A model generated the notes under the pieces. The model saw only the letters and a list, made by a program, of their open reading frames with translations. It made no database searches and was not told the origin of the DNA. 64,000 nt of DNA from Promethearchaeota archaeon (GTDB lineage Archaea > Asgardarchaeota > Hermodarchaeia > Hermodarchaeales > Hermodarchaeaceae): positions 32,001 through 96,000 of the forward strand of contig JBHLMG010000002.1 in assembly GCA_048938385.1 (NCBI GenBank), read 5' to 3'. Position 1 is the stretch's first letter. Every line of letters begins with the position of its first letter. Below are positions 1-8,414 of this stretch, one piece after another. Both the position numbers and the translations under genes were made by a program.

Positions 1-2
1 TC

Positions 3-818
3 AGCGACCAAGCCGTCTGCTACCGAGAGATTCTCGAACTCCAAAAGCCCTTCGAACCTGCCGACCGCTGTTGGATTATCATGGACGATCGGTACAGTCC
101 AGGTGGCTACACATGGATCTTTCCTCGTGGCGAGAGAATCGTGAATGTGGGTCTCGGCACACAGGGAGGTTGTGGGCACAAGCCCAAAGGACTTTACCAA
201 CAATTCAAAACGAATAATCCAATCTTTAAGGGAGCCAAGGTACTTCATGGTGGAGGTGGTGCTGCACCCATCCGGCGACCCCTTTGGAGCTATGTAGCCA
301 ATGGTGTAGTTTTCATCGGGGACACCGCCTGTCATGTTAATCCCATTCATGGCGGCGGAATAGGTTCCTCCATCGAAGCAGGGCATGTCCTTGCTCCCAT
401 TATTAAAACCGCTATTGAAGCCGATGATGTTTCCCTTGAAGGGCTATGGCAGTTTAATATTGAATACAATCGGGAACATTACGGACAAAAAATTGCCTCT
501 CTTGATATAATGCGTCGACTACTCCAGGAAGTAGGAAATGAAGAATTCGAATATGTTATCAACAATCGTATCATTACAACCGATGATTTACTCCGTGCTA
601 ATGCTGGAGAGGGTATTCAACTGTCTGCAATGGATAAAGCCAGTCGGTTCCTTCGGGGGCTGAGCCGGTTAAGGTTACTTCGGCGAATCCAGAAGGCATC
701 AAAAGCGATGGGTGAGATGCTTCATCTTTACCAGAACTTCCCTGAAACACCAGAGACTTTTCTCAACTGGAAACAGCAAATCAAGCAAATCTACTTGGAT
801 ATGGGTTACCAACCCTGA
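3..818 (+). CDS. Geranylgeranyl reductase family FAD oxidoreductase (digeranylgeranylglycerophospholipid reductase-like), 5'-truncated by the window edge
   Basis: The frame is open from base 3 (SDQAVCYREIL...). Motifs PGGYTWIFP, VNVGLG and IGDTACHVNPIHGGGIG are typical of GGR. Confidence 0.88.
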   Translation, partial: SDQAVCYREILELQKPFEPADRCWIIMDDRYSPGGYTWIFPRGERIVNVGLGTQGGCGHKPKGLYQQFKTNNPIFKGAKVLHGGGGAAPIRRPLWSYVANGVVFIGDTACHVNPIHGGGIGSSIEAGHVLAPIIKTAIEADDVSLEGLWQFNIEYNREHYGQKIASLDIMRRLLQEVGNEEFEYVINNRIITTDDLLRANAGEGIQLSAMDKASRFLRGLSRLRLLRRIQKASKAMGEMLHLYQNFPETPETFLNWKQQIKQIYLDMGYQP

Positions 819-907
819 TAAGTGGTTTCAAAACTAGCTAAGCTTTTCCCCAAGTGTCCCCATTTATACATCACACTCCTCCCTTTTGAACTGTTACGCT
901 CACATTG

Positions 908-1813
908 ATGGTGGTTCCCTTGGATTCTGATGTAATCCTGAACGCACACACTCGGCATGTTACGGCTCTTCTTTTCACTCCTGATAAAACAGTATTGCTT
1001 TCAGCTGGTATGGATAACCTCATTCAAATGTGGACGATTCCTGATTGGATCCAATCCAAGTCATTCTTCGGGCATACAAATAGCGTGAATGCCCTTGCGC
1101 TGACAGCCAAGTCTGACTTCATGATTACTGGTTCAACAGATAATACCGTCAGGGTTTGGCACTTTCCCTCTGGTGAAATTAAACACATACTAAGTGGCCA
1201 TACAAAGACAGTATCTGCTGTCGCCGCGTCTCCAGTAGCGAACTACATCGCGACTGGTTCTTACGATGGGACGGTGAAGGTATGGGATGTAGTGTCTGGC
1301 GTGGAAGTCTTTTCCTTATCAGAGATTGGGCGAAATGTGAGTTCAGTAACATTTTCCCCTGATGGACGAACCTTGGCTGCAGGCGGTTTAGGTTCGAATT
1401 TCTATCTTTGGGCTCTTCCTTCCGGTGAGCTTTGGAAGCAAATTGATGCTCATGAAACGGCGGTAAATTCGCTTGCTTTTTCACCAAATGGTGGTTTGTT
1501 TGCTTCGATTGGGTATGAACAACGCCTTAAGATATGGTCCACAGAGACCTGGCAAGAAGTTCATTCTATTGCCTTAGAATCTCGGGGAAATGATATGGCA
1601 TTTACTTCGAATAGTAAAAAATTGGCTGTGGCCATTGATTACGGGGTGCGTATTTGGAATGTCCGGACAGGTGAAGTTGATGTGCGATATGAGCTACCAG
1701 TGAAGGGAGTTTATGCTGTAGCAGTCTCGCCAAAACGGCGTTGGTTAGCTGTTGGCTCTGCTGATGGGAAGGTTTGGATCTGGGAGATTCGAAAAGGTAA
1801 GAAAACGAAATAG
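908..1813 (+). CDS. WD40-repeat beta-propeller protein (about 7 blades)
   Basis: Repeated GH...V..(L/V)..SP....(A/T)GS.D..V.VW units, for example GHTKTVSAVAASPVANYIATGSYDGTVKVWD. Confidence 0.93.
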   Translation: MVVPLDSDVILNAHTRHVTALLFTPDKTVLLSAGMDNLIQMWTIPDWIQSKSFFGHTNSVNALALTAKSDFMITGSTDNTVRVWHFPSGEIKHILSGHTKTVSAVAASPVANYIATGSYDGTVKVWDVVSGVEVFSLSEIGRNVSSVTFSPDGRTLAAGGLGSNFYLWALPSGELWKQIDAHETAVNSLAFSPNGGLFASIGYEQRLKIWSTETWQEVHSIALESRGNDMAFTSNSKKLAVAIDYGVRIWNVRTGEVDVRYELPVKGVYAVAVSPKRRWLAVGSADGKVWIWEIRKGKKTK

Positions 1814-1831
1814 GTTGTAAAATGGTAGTTG

Positions 1832-1975
1832 AAAAATGGTCGAGGTCCTCGCCATCCTAGCCTAGGGGATAGGTCATCGGTTCCCCGGATGCTTTCCCAG
1901 GCATCTGCTGCTGTTACCGGGTCGGAAAAAGGAGCGAGGGCGTCGTGATTGCCTCGGCGCCCTCCACCAAGAGGC
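1832..1975 (-). ncRNA. Candidate structured ncRNA with a k-turn (identity unresolved; 5S-like size)
   Basis: GC-rich intergenic island. The ends pair (UGGU-G-GAGG/CCUC-G-ACCA). The minus strand has a canonical k-turn, CC-GAU-GA...GA-GG (1880-1874/1850-1847), and ends in a U5 tract. Confidence 0.5.
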
Positions 1976-2041
1976 ATAATCGAGAAGGATTGCCTGATCT
2001 CTTATTACCAGTAACAGGTACCCTTAGGCGAAGCCTGCTTT

Positions 2042-3340
2042 TTATAGTGCTTGTGTATCGAAAGGCACATCTTGTGCATTTAGGTTTCTCGTAATTTCTG
2101 CTTCATTAACGCTAAAAGTCTTTGAAGGGTACAACCATCTCTGGAATCCTGATCGGAGGTTGCTCCAACTCATGGCTACTAATAACTGGAAGCCTACGAT
2201 GGATGGGGCAAACCATCGCCAGATGGCATAATCCATCCAGTATAGGGAGAAAATATCAATGTGTGTGGTTGCGGCAAAGATTACCGGGACTATCCAAAGA
2301 ACGAGGGCAAACGCACTAAGAGGTATTGGAGGAGTTCGCTTTTGTTTAATATGGCCAATAAGCCACCAACTCAAAGTTCCCCAGATGAGGATGATTTGAA
2401 GGATGAGTAGCCCATAGAAGAGAGGGATTGGAATAAAAGGAAGTACAGGGTTGGTGGGATAATAATTTGGAAAAGTTGCTGGCGCCAGTACATTGTAGGC
2501 TAGAACACCGAATCCAAACCAAAGGAACCCCGCTAAGTTCAGGATGAAAATGGGGGCGCTGGCATTCAGCATCATCTGTGGATCTGGAATGGGTTGAGCG
2601 ATTAATGTATGAAGGAGATAGAAACTCACCGCTCCTCCAAATATACTCAACAGAATCCAAATTTCACGCCATTGATGTCGCAAAAAAAACAAGACGATGA
2701 AGGCAGGAAGGGCAAACGCGTAGGTTTCTTTTATGAGAAAGGCGAAAGCGAGACCAATTCCCGCAAGCCAAGGCTTTCCTTGGTAAGCATAATGAGTTCC
2801 AAGGATGAGGAAGGGCATAGCAAACAACGATATCTGAAATAGTGGAATGATGTTGAAGAAAAAAGAGGATTGTACAAAGGTTGCAGCTAATGCTGCCCAA
2901 CCCGAGGTAGTGATTGATCGCACCGACCAAAAGGTCAGGATCAAATTCATTGCGGCTACTGATACACAAACCATAGATAGCGGAAAGACAAAGTTTGAAC
3001 CAGCCCAACCTGTCAGGAAGACCATGGGGTAGAAGATGAAGGGTGTCCGGTAAATCCGAAGGTCCCCAAGATCACCGGTCGTCAGAGCTGCATGTCGCCA
3101 CGCTGAATAGAAATCTTCACCATTCAACATATAGTAAATTACGGTCTTGTGCATAGTATCATCGTCAACACCAATGTGTGGCACAAACTGGGTGCCCCAA
3201 GAGTAGGAAAGGAACACTCCCCAAATTATGCTACATACTGCAAGCAATACGATGAACCCGAATACTCCTTCCTTCCTTAGAATAGCCCAATTTGATGGCA
3301 CAGGAGTTCTCTCTCCAAACCTGGGATGTTCTTTTTTCAT
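2042..3340 (-). CDS. Multi-pass membrane protein, probable GT-C fold glycosyltransferase
   Basis: About 10 TM segments. An acidic DDD lies in the first external loop after TM1; also YRTP and LIKET motifs. Confidence 0.6.
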   Translation of the reverse strand: MKKEHPRFGERTPVPSNWAILRKEGVFGFIVLLAVCSIIWGVFLSYSWGTQFVPHIGVDDDTMHKTVIYYMLNGEDFYSAWRHAALTTGDLGDLRIYRTPFIFYPMVFLTGWAGSNFVFPLSMVCVSVAAMNLILTFWSVRSITTSGWAALAATFVQSSFFFNIIPLFQISLFAMPFLILGTHYAYQGKPWLAGIGLAFAFLIKETYAFALPAFIVLFFLRHQWREIWILLSIFGGAVSFYLLHTLIAQPIPDPQMMLNASAPIFILNLAGFLWFGFGVLAYNVLAPATFPNYYPTNPVLPFIPIPLFYGLLILQIILIWGTLSWWLIGHIKQKRTPPIPLSAFALVLWIVPVIFAATTHIDIFSLYWMDYAIWRWFAPSIVGFQLLVAMSWSNLRSGFQRWLYPSKTFSVNEAEITRNLNAQDVPFDTQAL

Positions 3341-3387
3341 AAAAGTGTCAAGTACCTACTCAAAAGGCTTCGGTATGAAAACTGGTG

Positions 3388-3735
3388 TTAGGTCATTTTG
3401 CAATAGGTACAATCAGATAGAGATTGCGCTCCACACACAGCACAGGTTGAGCGTACTTTTTGGCAAATCTCACAAACTTCTTTAGAAATTAAATTAGGCG
3501 TTATTTCCCTGTTACTGATTTTATGAGCGAGGAGGGCGATTTCATCAAGGATGAATTGCCCGAGGAGGGCTTGACCGCGTTCTCCTTTCATGTAGTGTGA
3601 TATTGTAGCTTCCGTTGTACCCAACAACTTAGACACTTGCACTTGCGTCATTCCATTGTCCACAAGGTTCTTGGCTAAAGCTGACTTGATAGCCGGTAAG
3701 TGCTCGCGAACTACTTTCTCACAAGGAAACGCCAT
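3388..3735 (-). CDS. HTH transcriptional regulator (archaeal COG2522-like) with a C-terminal Cys cluster
   Basis: PCE...LPAIKSALAKNL..GMTQVQVSKLLGTTEATISHY..GERG. The C-terminus carries three CxxC pairs. ATG start at 3735. Confidence 0.8.
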   Translation of the reverse strand: MAFPCEKVVREHLPAIKSALAKNLVDNGMTQVQVSKLLGTTEATISHYMKGERGQALLGQFILDEIALLAHKISNREITPNLISKEVCEICQKVRSTCAVCGAQSLSDCTYCKMT

Positions 3736-3770
3736 ATCCAAGACTTCCAATACGGATTAGCACTAATTCA

Positions 3771-3858
3771 TTAACAATGTTAAGTTTTTTCAATACTTTG
3801 GATTTAAGTGTTCGGAACTCACTAATCTCATTCCTCCAAACCAATATTGTTAAGTTTT
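3771..3858. promoter_or_regulatory. Putative operator(s) in the divergent regulator/sufS intergenic region
   Basis: Perfect palindrome TTAACA-A-TGTTAA (3771-3783). TGTTAAGTTTT occurs twice, at 3778 and 3848. Confidence 0.45.
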
Positions 3859-3925
3859 AACTAGCATGAAGGTTTTCAAGGGAAAGCAACTTTAGGTTCT
3901 ATACTATACTTGTGGGTGAACTGGA

Positions 3926-5200
3926 ATGCAACCTGAAGATATGCGTCGAGATTTACCTATCACGCAACAATTCATCTACTTCGATAACGCTGCAACAACA
4001 CCTGTTCCAAGCCCAATCATCGACACGATCATTGAATATTTCGAAGAATATTGTGCTAACATCGAACGGGGAGCCTACTCGATTGCAGCGAAAGCATCAG
4101 ATGTTTGTGATGTAGCCCGCAACGATATTGCTACAAAATTACTGCATTGTGATGTGGAAGAATTCATTTTCACGCGGAATCAAACCCAAGCGGCTAACTT
4201 CGTTGCATATGCTTTAGAACATCCCTTTTTGAATCGTTGGAGTACAGGCTTTCAGTTTGCCCCGCCCCTTGTCAAATGGAGTCCTGAAAGCAAAATCGTT
4301 ACAACGCTACTTGAGCACCATTCTAATTTCATGCCATGGTTACGGCTGGCAAAACATGTCGGGGCTCAATTTCGTACAATTACTCCAACTCTGGATGGAC
4401 TACTACTCCCCGAAATGTTTGCGGAGGCCGTTGATGAAAACACCGCCTTTGTTGCCTTTCAACACGCTTCTAACGCAATGGGTACCAAACATGATGTACA
4501 AACGATTGTTCGTACTATTAAGGCGGTAAATCCTCAGTGCTTGGTTTTCATTGATGGTGCCCAAGCAGTAGGGCATATGCCTGTGGATGTTACGACCTTG
4601 GGGTGTGATTTTTACTCGTTTTCTGGCCACAAAGGGCCTCTGGGACCCCCTGGAACTGGAGGATTATACGTTCGCGAAGAACTTCTCCAACGCATGGCTC
4701 CGGCTGAAGTGGGAGGGGGAACTATCGCTGCCGTCACTGATAGTGATTACATGCTACGAAGAGACCACCGTGCGCGACGATGGGATGCAGGAACGCCCAA
4801 TATCATTGGACTCATTGGACTTGGCGCTGCTGTGAAATACCTGAATCGCATCGGTATTCAGAAAGTTGCTCAACAGGAGCATGTGTTAACTCGATACCTA
4901 CTCGATGGAATACGCGAGATTTCCAACCTTGTTGTGTATGGCCCTTATGAGGACATGACCTCGAAGATTGGCGCAGTATGCTTCAATATAGATGGATGGT
5001 TCTCACACGATGTGAGCCTTGCTTTAGATGCTCAATGGAAAATCCTTACCCGGGCTGGACATCATTGTTGCATGCCAATGATGAACCTACTTGGAGTATT
5101 AGAAAAATACCAAGGGAATGTCCGGGCGAGCTTCCACTACTTTAACCTCATTGAAGAAGTGGATGTCTTGGTGGGCGCCCTAAAAACCTTAGCCGGATAA
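3926..5200 (+). CDS. sufS: Cysteine desulfurase, SufS family (class V PLP)
   Basis: YFDNAATT, EHHSN, DGAQAVGH, the SGHK PLP lysine, GTPNI and the RAGHHC catalytic Cys motif. Confidence 0.92.
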   Translation: MQPEDMRRDLPITQQFIYFDNAATTPVPSPIIDTIIEYFEEYCANIERGAYSIAAKASDVCDVARNDIATKLLHCDVEEFIFTRNQTQAANFVAYALEHPFLNRWSTGFQFAPPLVKWSPESKIVTTLLEHHSNFMPWLRLAKHVGAQFRTITPTLDGLLLPEMFAEAVDENTAFVAFQHASNAMGTKHDVQTIVRTIKAVNPQCLVFIDGAQAVGHMPVDVTTLGCDFYSFSGHKGPLGPPGTGGLYVREELLQRMAPAEVGGGTIAAVTDSDYMLRRDHRARRWDAGTPNIIGLIGLGAAVKYLNRIGIQKVAQQEHVLTRYLLDGIREISNLVVYGPYEDMTSKIGAVCFNIDGWFSHDVSLALDAQWKILTRAGHHCCMPMMNLLGVLEKYQGNVRASFHYFNLIEEVDVLVGALKTLAG

Positions 5201-5204
5201 TCCG

Positions 5205-5957
5205 CTACACTGATCGACGAATGCTACTACATACCGGACAATCCGCATAATATGCGATTGGAATCTGATCAAACCGGAGATCGTTCAAATCTATAAAAAG
5301 CAGGTGTCCTGCAAGTCGTGGTTTTTTTCCAAGTAAAATTCTTACCGCTTCATGAACCTGAATATTAGCTACTACGCCCAATAGTGTGGGGTAGATACCA
5401 ATAGTATCGCAGGTGGGCTGTCGTGCGTCATCTACACCACCATAAATGCATTCCAAGCAGGGCGTTTTTCCAGGGAGGATAGTAGTGAGGTTTCCTACAG
5501 CGCCTAAAGCTCCTGCAAAGGCGTAAGGGATACCTTGGCGAACGCAAGCTCTGTTGATGATGTAACGAGGTCCAAACCGGTCTAAGCCGTCAACGATGAT
5601 GTCCATTCCTCGAATAAGCTCATCAACAGTTTCTTCTGCGAGCTGTTCTTGTCGGGGCTCAATAGTGACCTCTGGGTTTAAGGGCTGTAAGCGGCGCGTA
5701 GCCAGAGCGGTTTTAGGTTTCCCGATGTCCTTCTCCCGGTATAGGAATTGGCGTTGAAGATTGGATGCATCGACTACATCAGGGTCAATGATTCGGAGAT
5801 GATCCACACCCAGGGTAGTAAACTTAGTAGCTGATATACTCCCCAACCCCCCAATACCAACAACCGCAACTTTAGCCGCTCGAATGCGTTTCAATCCGTC
5901 TTTTCCGACATCACGGAGTACTATAAACCGCTGATAACGCGCATCCTTTGAAGGCAT
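5205..5957 (-). CDS. ThiF/MoeB/UbaA family E1-like adenylyltransferase
   Basis: RYQR, GIGGLG, DPDVVDASNLQRQ, PCLEC...CPVC zinc site and a TC catalytic Cys. The probable start is ATG 5957. Confidence 0.92.
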   Translation of the reverse strand: MPSKDARYQRFIVLRDVGKDGLKRIRAAKVAVVGIGGLGSISATKFTTLGVDHLRIIDPDVVDASNLQRQFLYREKDIGKPKTALATRRLQPLNPEVTIEPRQEQLAEETVDELIRGMDIIVDGLDRFGPRYIINRACVRQGIPYAFAGALGAVGNLTTILPGKTPCLECIYGGVDDARQPTCDTIGIYPTLLGVVANIQVHEAVRILLGKKPRLAGHLLFIDLNDLRFDQIPIAYYADCPVCSSIRRSV

Positions 5958-5976
5958 GAGGCGATCTCCAAAGCGA

Positions 5977-7494
5977 TTACAAGGCGGCCCGTTGCTTTGC
6001 TTCTTCAAAAAGCTGTCGACCCTTATCTGAAACTTCAATATCTGCAGAGGGGAGACCACGACCCACGGTCCGATGAATCGAAACAACCTCCTCTTCTTGC
6101 AAGTCTAAGAAGAATTTGTCCAACCAGGCGGCCAGTGAAACACCAAGCGTTGGGCTAAAGCCAAGCTCTTTAGCTGAGACACGGTACTTACCCTCAACGA
6201 TTTTGGTAGCAAATGTCGTGAGCACTATGTAGTGTTGGTCTTTCTGCAAGAGGATATCTTGGATGCGTGATCGGGCTTCCATAGCTGCAAGCCGATCCCG
6301 GATTTCGGTAAATCGGCTGTACTCTTCTTTCATTTGTTCAATTTCCGCTAAGGCCTTCTCTAACTGCTTTTCCAATTTTTCACGTTCTTTACCGATGGCA
6401 TCACGATCCTTGGTAACCTCTTTGAGGGCTTCTTGCTCCTCTTCTAACTGCGAGATTTTTAGTTCGTGAGATTCTTTCAAACTCTCTAGTTTTGAAATTT
6501 GGCCTTCTAGGTCGGCTATGCGTTTCGATGCTTGGGCTAGTTCCTGTTTAGAAGTAGTGAGCTCCTCCTTGGTTGCAGTTAAAGTTTCTTTAGTTGTTTC
6601 TAGCGATTGAATATCCGTCTGCAATTGCTCACGGGCTGTATCTCGTTCTGCTTCCAATCGCTGATGTTCAATCTTCAACTCTTGGAGTTCCGTGGTTACG
6701 GCATTCATCTCTTTCTTGACAGCAGCCTCAGATTGTTGGGCTTGCTGGAGTTGTTCTGATAGAGCTTTAATTTTAGCCTCTAAATCGTGCTTGGTCGCCG
6801 TAGCTGCGGATTGAGCGGTCGCCGCTGCCTCTGAAGCCGCAGAGTATTTAGCCTTCAGCTCTTCGATTTGCTGCAGAGCCTTATCTTGTTCACTGATCGC
6901 CTTTTCGCTCTGTTCTTTGAGTTGCAATAGATCCGCTTCGGTTTTCTTCAATGATTCAGATAGCTGCTTATTTGTGGCCTGCAATTTGTCAATTCGTCGT
7001 GCATCACGGGTTGACTGCGACTGCATCCGTTTCTCCAAATCGGCAATCCGCACTCGTGCTTCAGCCAATTCGGCTTCGAGTTCTTGCCGTGTTTTTTCAG
7101 AAGCAGAAATTTCATCCTGTAACCGTTTTCGTAGTTCTTCTCGCTCCGAAGCCGTCATGGCAGCTAAAGCACTCAGCTCATCCGCTGCTCCTGATAAACC
7201 AGCCTTTGCCCGAGTAATTTCTTGAATTTTCGCTCGGGCTTGTTCATTGAAACGCTTAGCTTCTGCTTTCACACCTTCTTGAATATCGTTCACAACAGGA
7301 CCACTCAATCGCCCAAATCCGATGGCTTCCATGCGTTTTTCAACGCGATCGGCAAGCATCAAAAGGCTGCGTTGAAGATCACGCGTTAACACATCAATTG
7401 CGTCTACGATGTCATTGGTAAGTGCTTCAATTTGGCGTTTTAAGACTTCAGTGCGTATAGCTTTATCTTCGGCTTCTTGCGCCATTAAACCCAC
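5977..7494 (-). CDS. Long coiled-coil protein with a probable C-terminal winged-helix domain
   Basis: About 300 aa of E/K/Q/A/L heptads. The C-terminus SAKELG...LQEEEVVSI...IEVSDKGRQLF follows a wHTH pattern. Confidence 0.7.
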   Translation of the reverse strand: MGLMAQEAEDKAIRTEVLKRQIEALTNDIVDAIDVLTRDLQRSLLMLADRVEKRMEAIGFGRLSGPVVNDIQEGVKAEAKRFNEQARAKIQEITRAKAGLSGAADELSALAAMTASEREELRKRLQDEISASEKTRQELEAELAEARVRIADLEKRMQSQSTRDARRIDKLQATNKQLSESLKKTEADLLQLKEQSEKAISEQDKALQQIEELKAKYSAASEAAATAQSAATATKHDLEAKIKALSEQLQQAQQSEAAVKKEMNAVTTELQELKIEHQRLEAERDTAREQLQTDIQSLETTKETLTATKEELTTSKQELAQASKRIADLEGQISKLESLKESHELKISQLEEEQEALKEVTKDRDAIGKEREKLEKQLEKALAEIEQMKEEYSRFTEIRDRLAAMEARSRIQDILLQKDQHYIVLTTFATKIVEGKYRVSAKELGFSPTLGVSLAAWLDKFFLDLQEEEVVSIHRTVGRGLPSADIEVSDKGRQLFEEAKQRAAL

Positions 7495-7909
7495 CTTGTA
7501 TTAAGGGATCCAAACTCACCCTAGTTTGAGCGTGTGAACCTAGATAAGGTTTCCTCCTCCAAGACAATGGCAATTATTTCTAATAAAACCTATTCCTCTT
7601 CTTCCTCGATAATCTGAAAAGTTCCTGCTAAGAATAGGAACTATACACGATGCCAATTAAATTTCATCCACTATTCAAACATTCTCCTTGCAATTCTCCT
7701 CATCCTGGTAGTAAATTGAGGGGGTTCAATGCATCCGGGATTATTGGCTCCTAGCTATCGTTTTCATGGTTGTATTTACCGTCCGTTTGTTTGCAGGCAA
7801 AATCAAACAGTTCCGTCAACCCTACAAGAAGTACATGATACTTTGAGACCAGAGAGTTTATAGGGTGTTACTCGCCCGATGGACCAGACTTTAACTGAGA
7901 TTGATTACT

Positions 7910-8269
7910 ATGGACACCGAAACTATTCTCAGCGTATTGCGTCGGGTTCTCGATCCCGAACATCCAATAAGCGTTGTTGAAATGGGTCTTGTGAAGGCAG
8001 AAGATGTAATCATAGACAAGGACGCTATCCGAGTGCAATTTACTCCCACTGTACCTGGGTGTCCTATGGGGGCAGTTATTGGTATAATCATTCGAAAGGC
8101 CCTTGAAGACGCATTTCCAACTCAAAAGGTTCAGGTGCGAGTGAAACCTGGAACCCACTTGCGAGAGGATACCTGTAACACCTTGATTAACGATGATACC
8201 CAATACCAATCCGCCATCGAAAAATTAACTGCTTCCGGAGCTTTAGATCGCTTAATTGTAAAAGAATAG
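7910..8269 (+). CDS. Fe-S cluster assembly factor, MIP18/CIA2 (DUF59) family
   Basis: DPEHP...FTPTVPGCPMGAVIG...PGTH..E...N....D. Confidence 0.88.
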   Translation: MDTETILSVLRRVLDPEHPISVVEMGLVKAEDVIIDKDAIRVQFTPTVPGCPMGAVIGIIIRKALEDAFPTQKVQVRVKPGTHLREDTCNTLINDDTQYQSAIEKLTASGALDRLIVKE

Positions 8270-8414
8270 GTTCACAGCTTTTAGTAGGGCTGCTCACTTG
8301 TAATGTCGTAGCTGGTTTTTTACTGCGATCTATCAAGAGAATCAAGGGTTTGGATAATCTTATTGGGAAGATACGGAAAAACAGTGCAAGATTGGCATCT
8401 TTGGTGAGCTTTAC

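Noticed and set aside
908-1813. Firm assignment of the WD40 protein as CIA1
   Set aside because: The repeats are generic and the CIA1-type SRDKS motif is not seen. Kept only as a hypothesis.
1837-1969. tRNA/tmRNA (plus strand ends CCACCA), HDV-like ribozyme (GGUCCUCGCC), SRP helix 8 or SECIS
   Set aside because: No cloverleaf or T-loop; the HDV G1.U wobble and J4/2 C-R-A-A are missing; the SRP match is partial and the element too short; the SECIS stem is too short, lacks the apical AA, and no Sec ORF is evident.
5977-7494. SMC/Rad50
   Set aside because: No Walker A/B, signature motif, hinge or zinc hook.
7615-7850. Hydrophobic fragments in two frames (NILLAILLILVV; YWLLAIVFMVVF), suggesting a frameshifted membrane pseudogene
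   Set aside because: No start codon or recognisable homology; could be chance.
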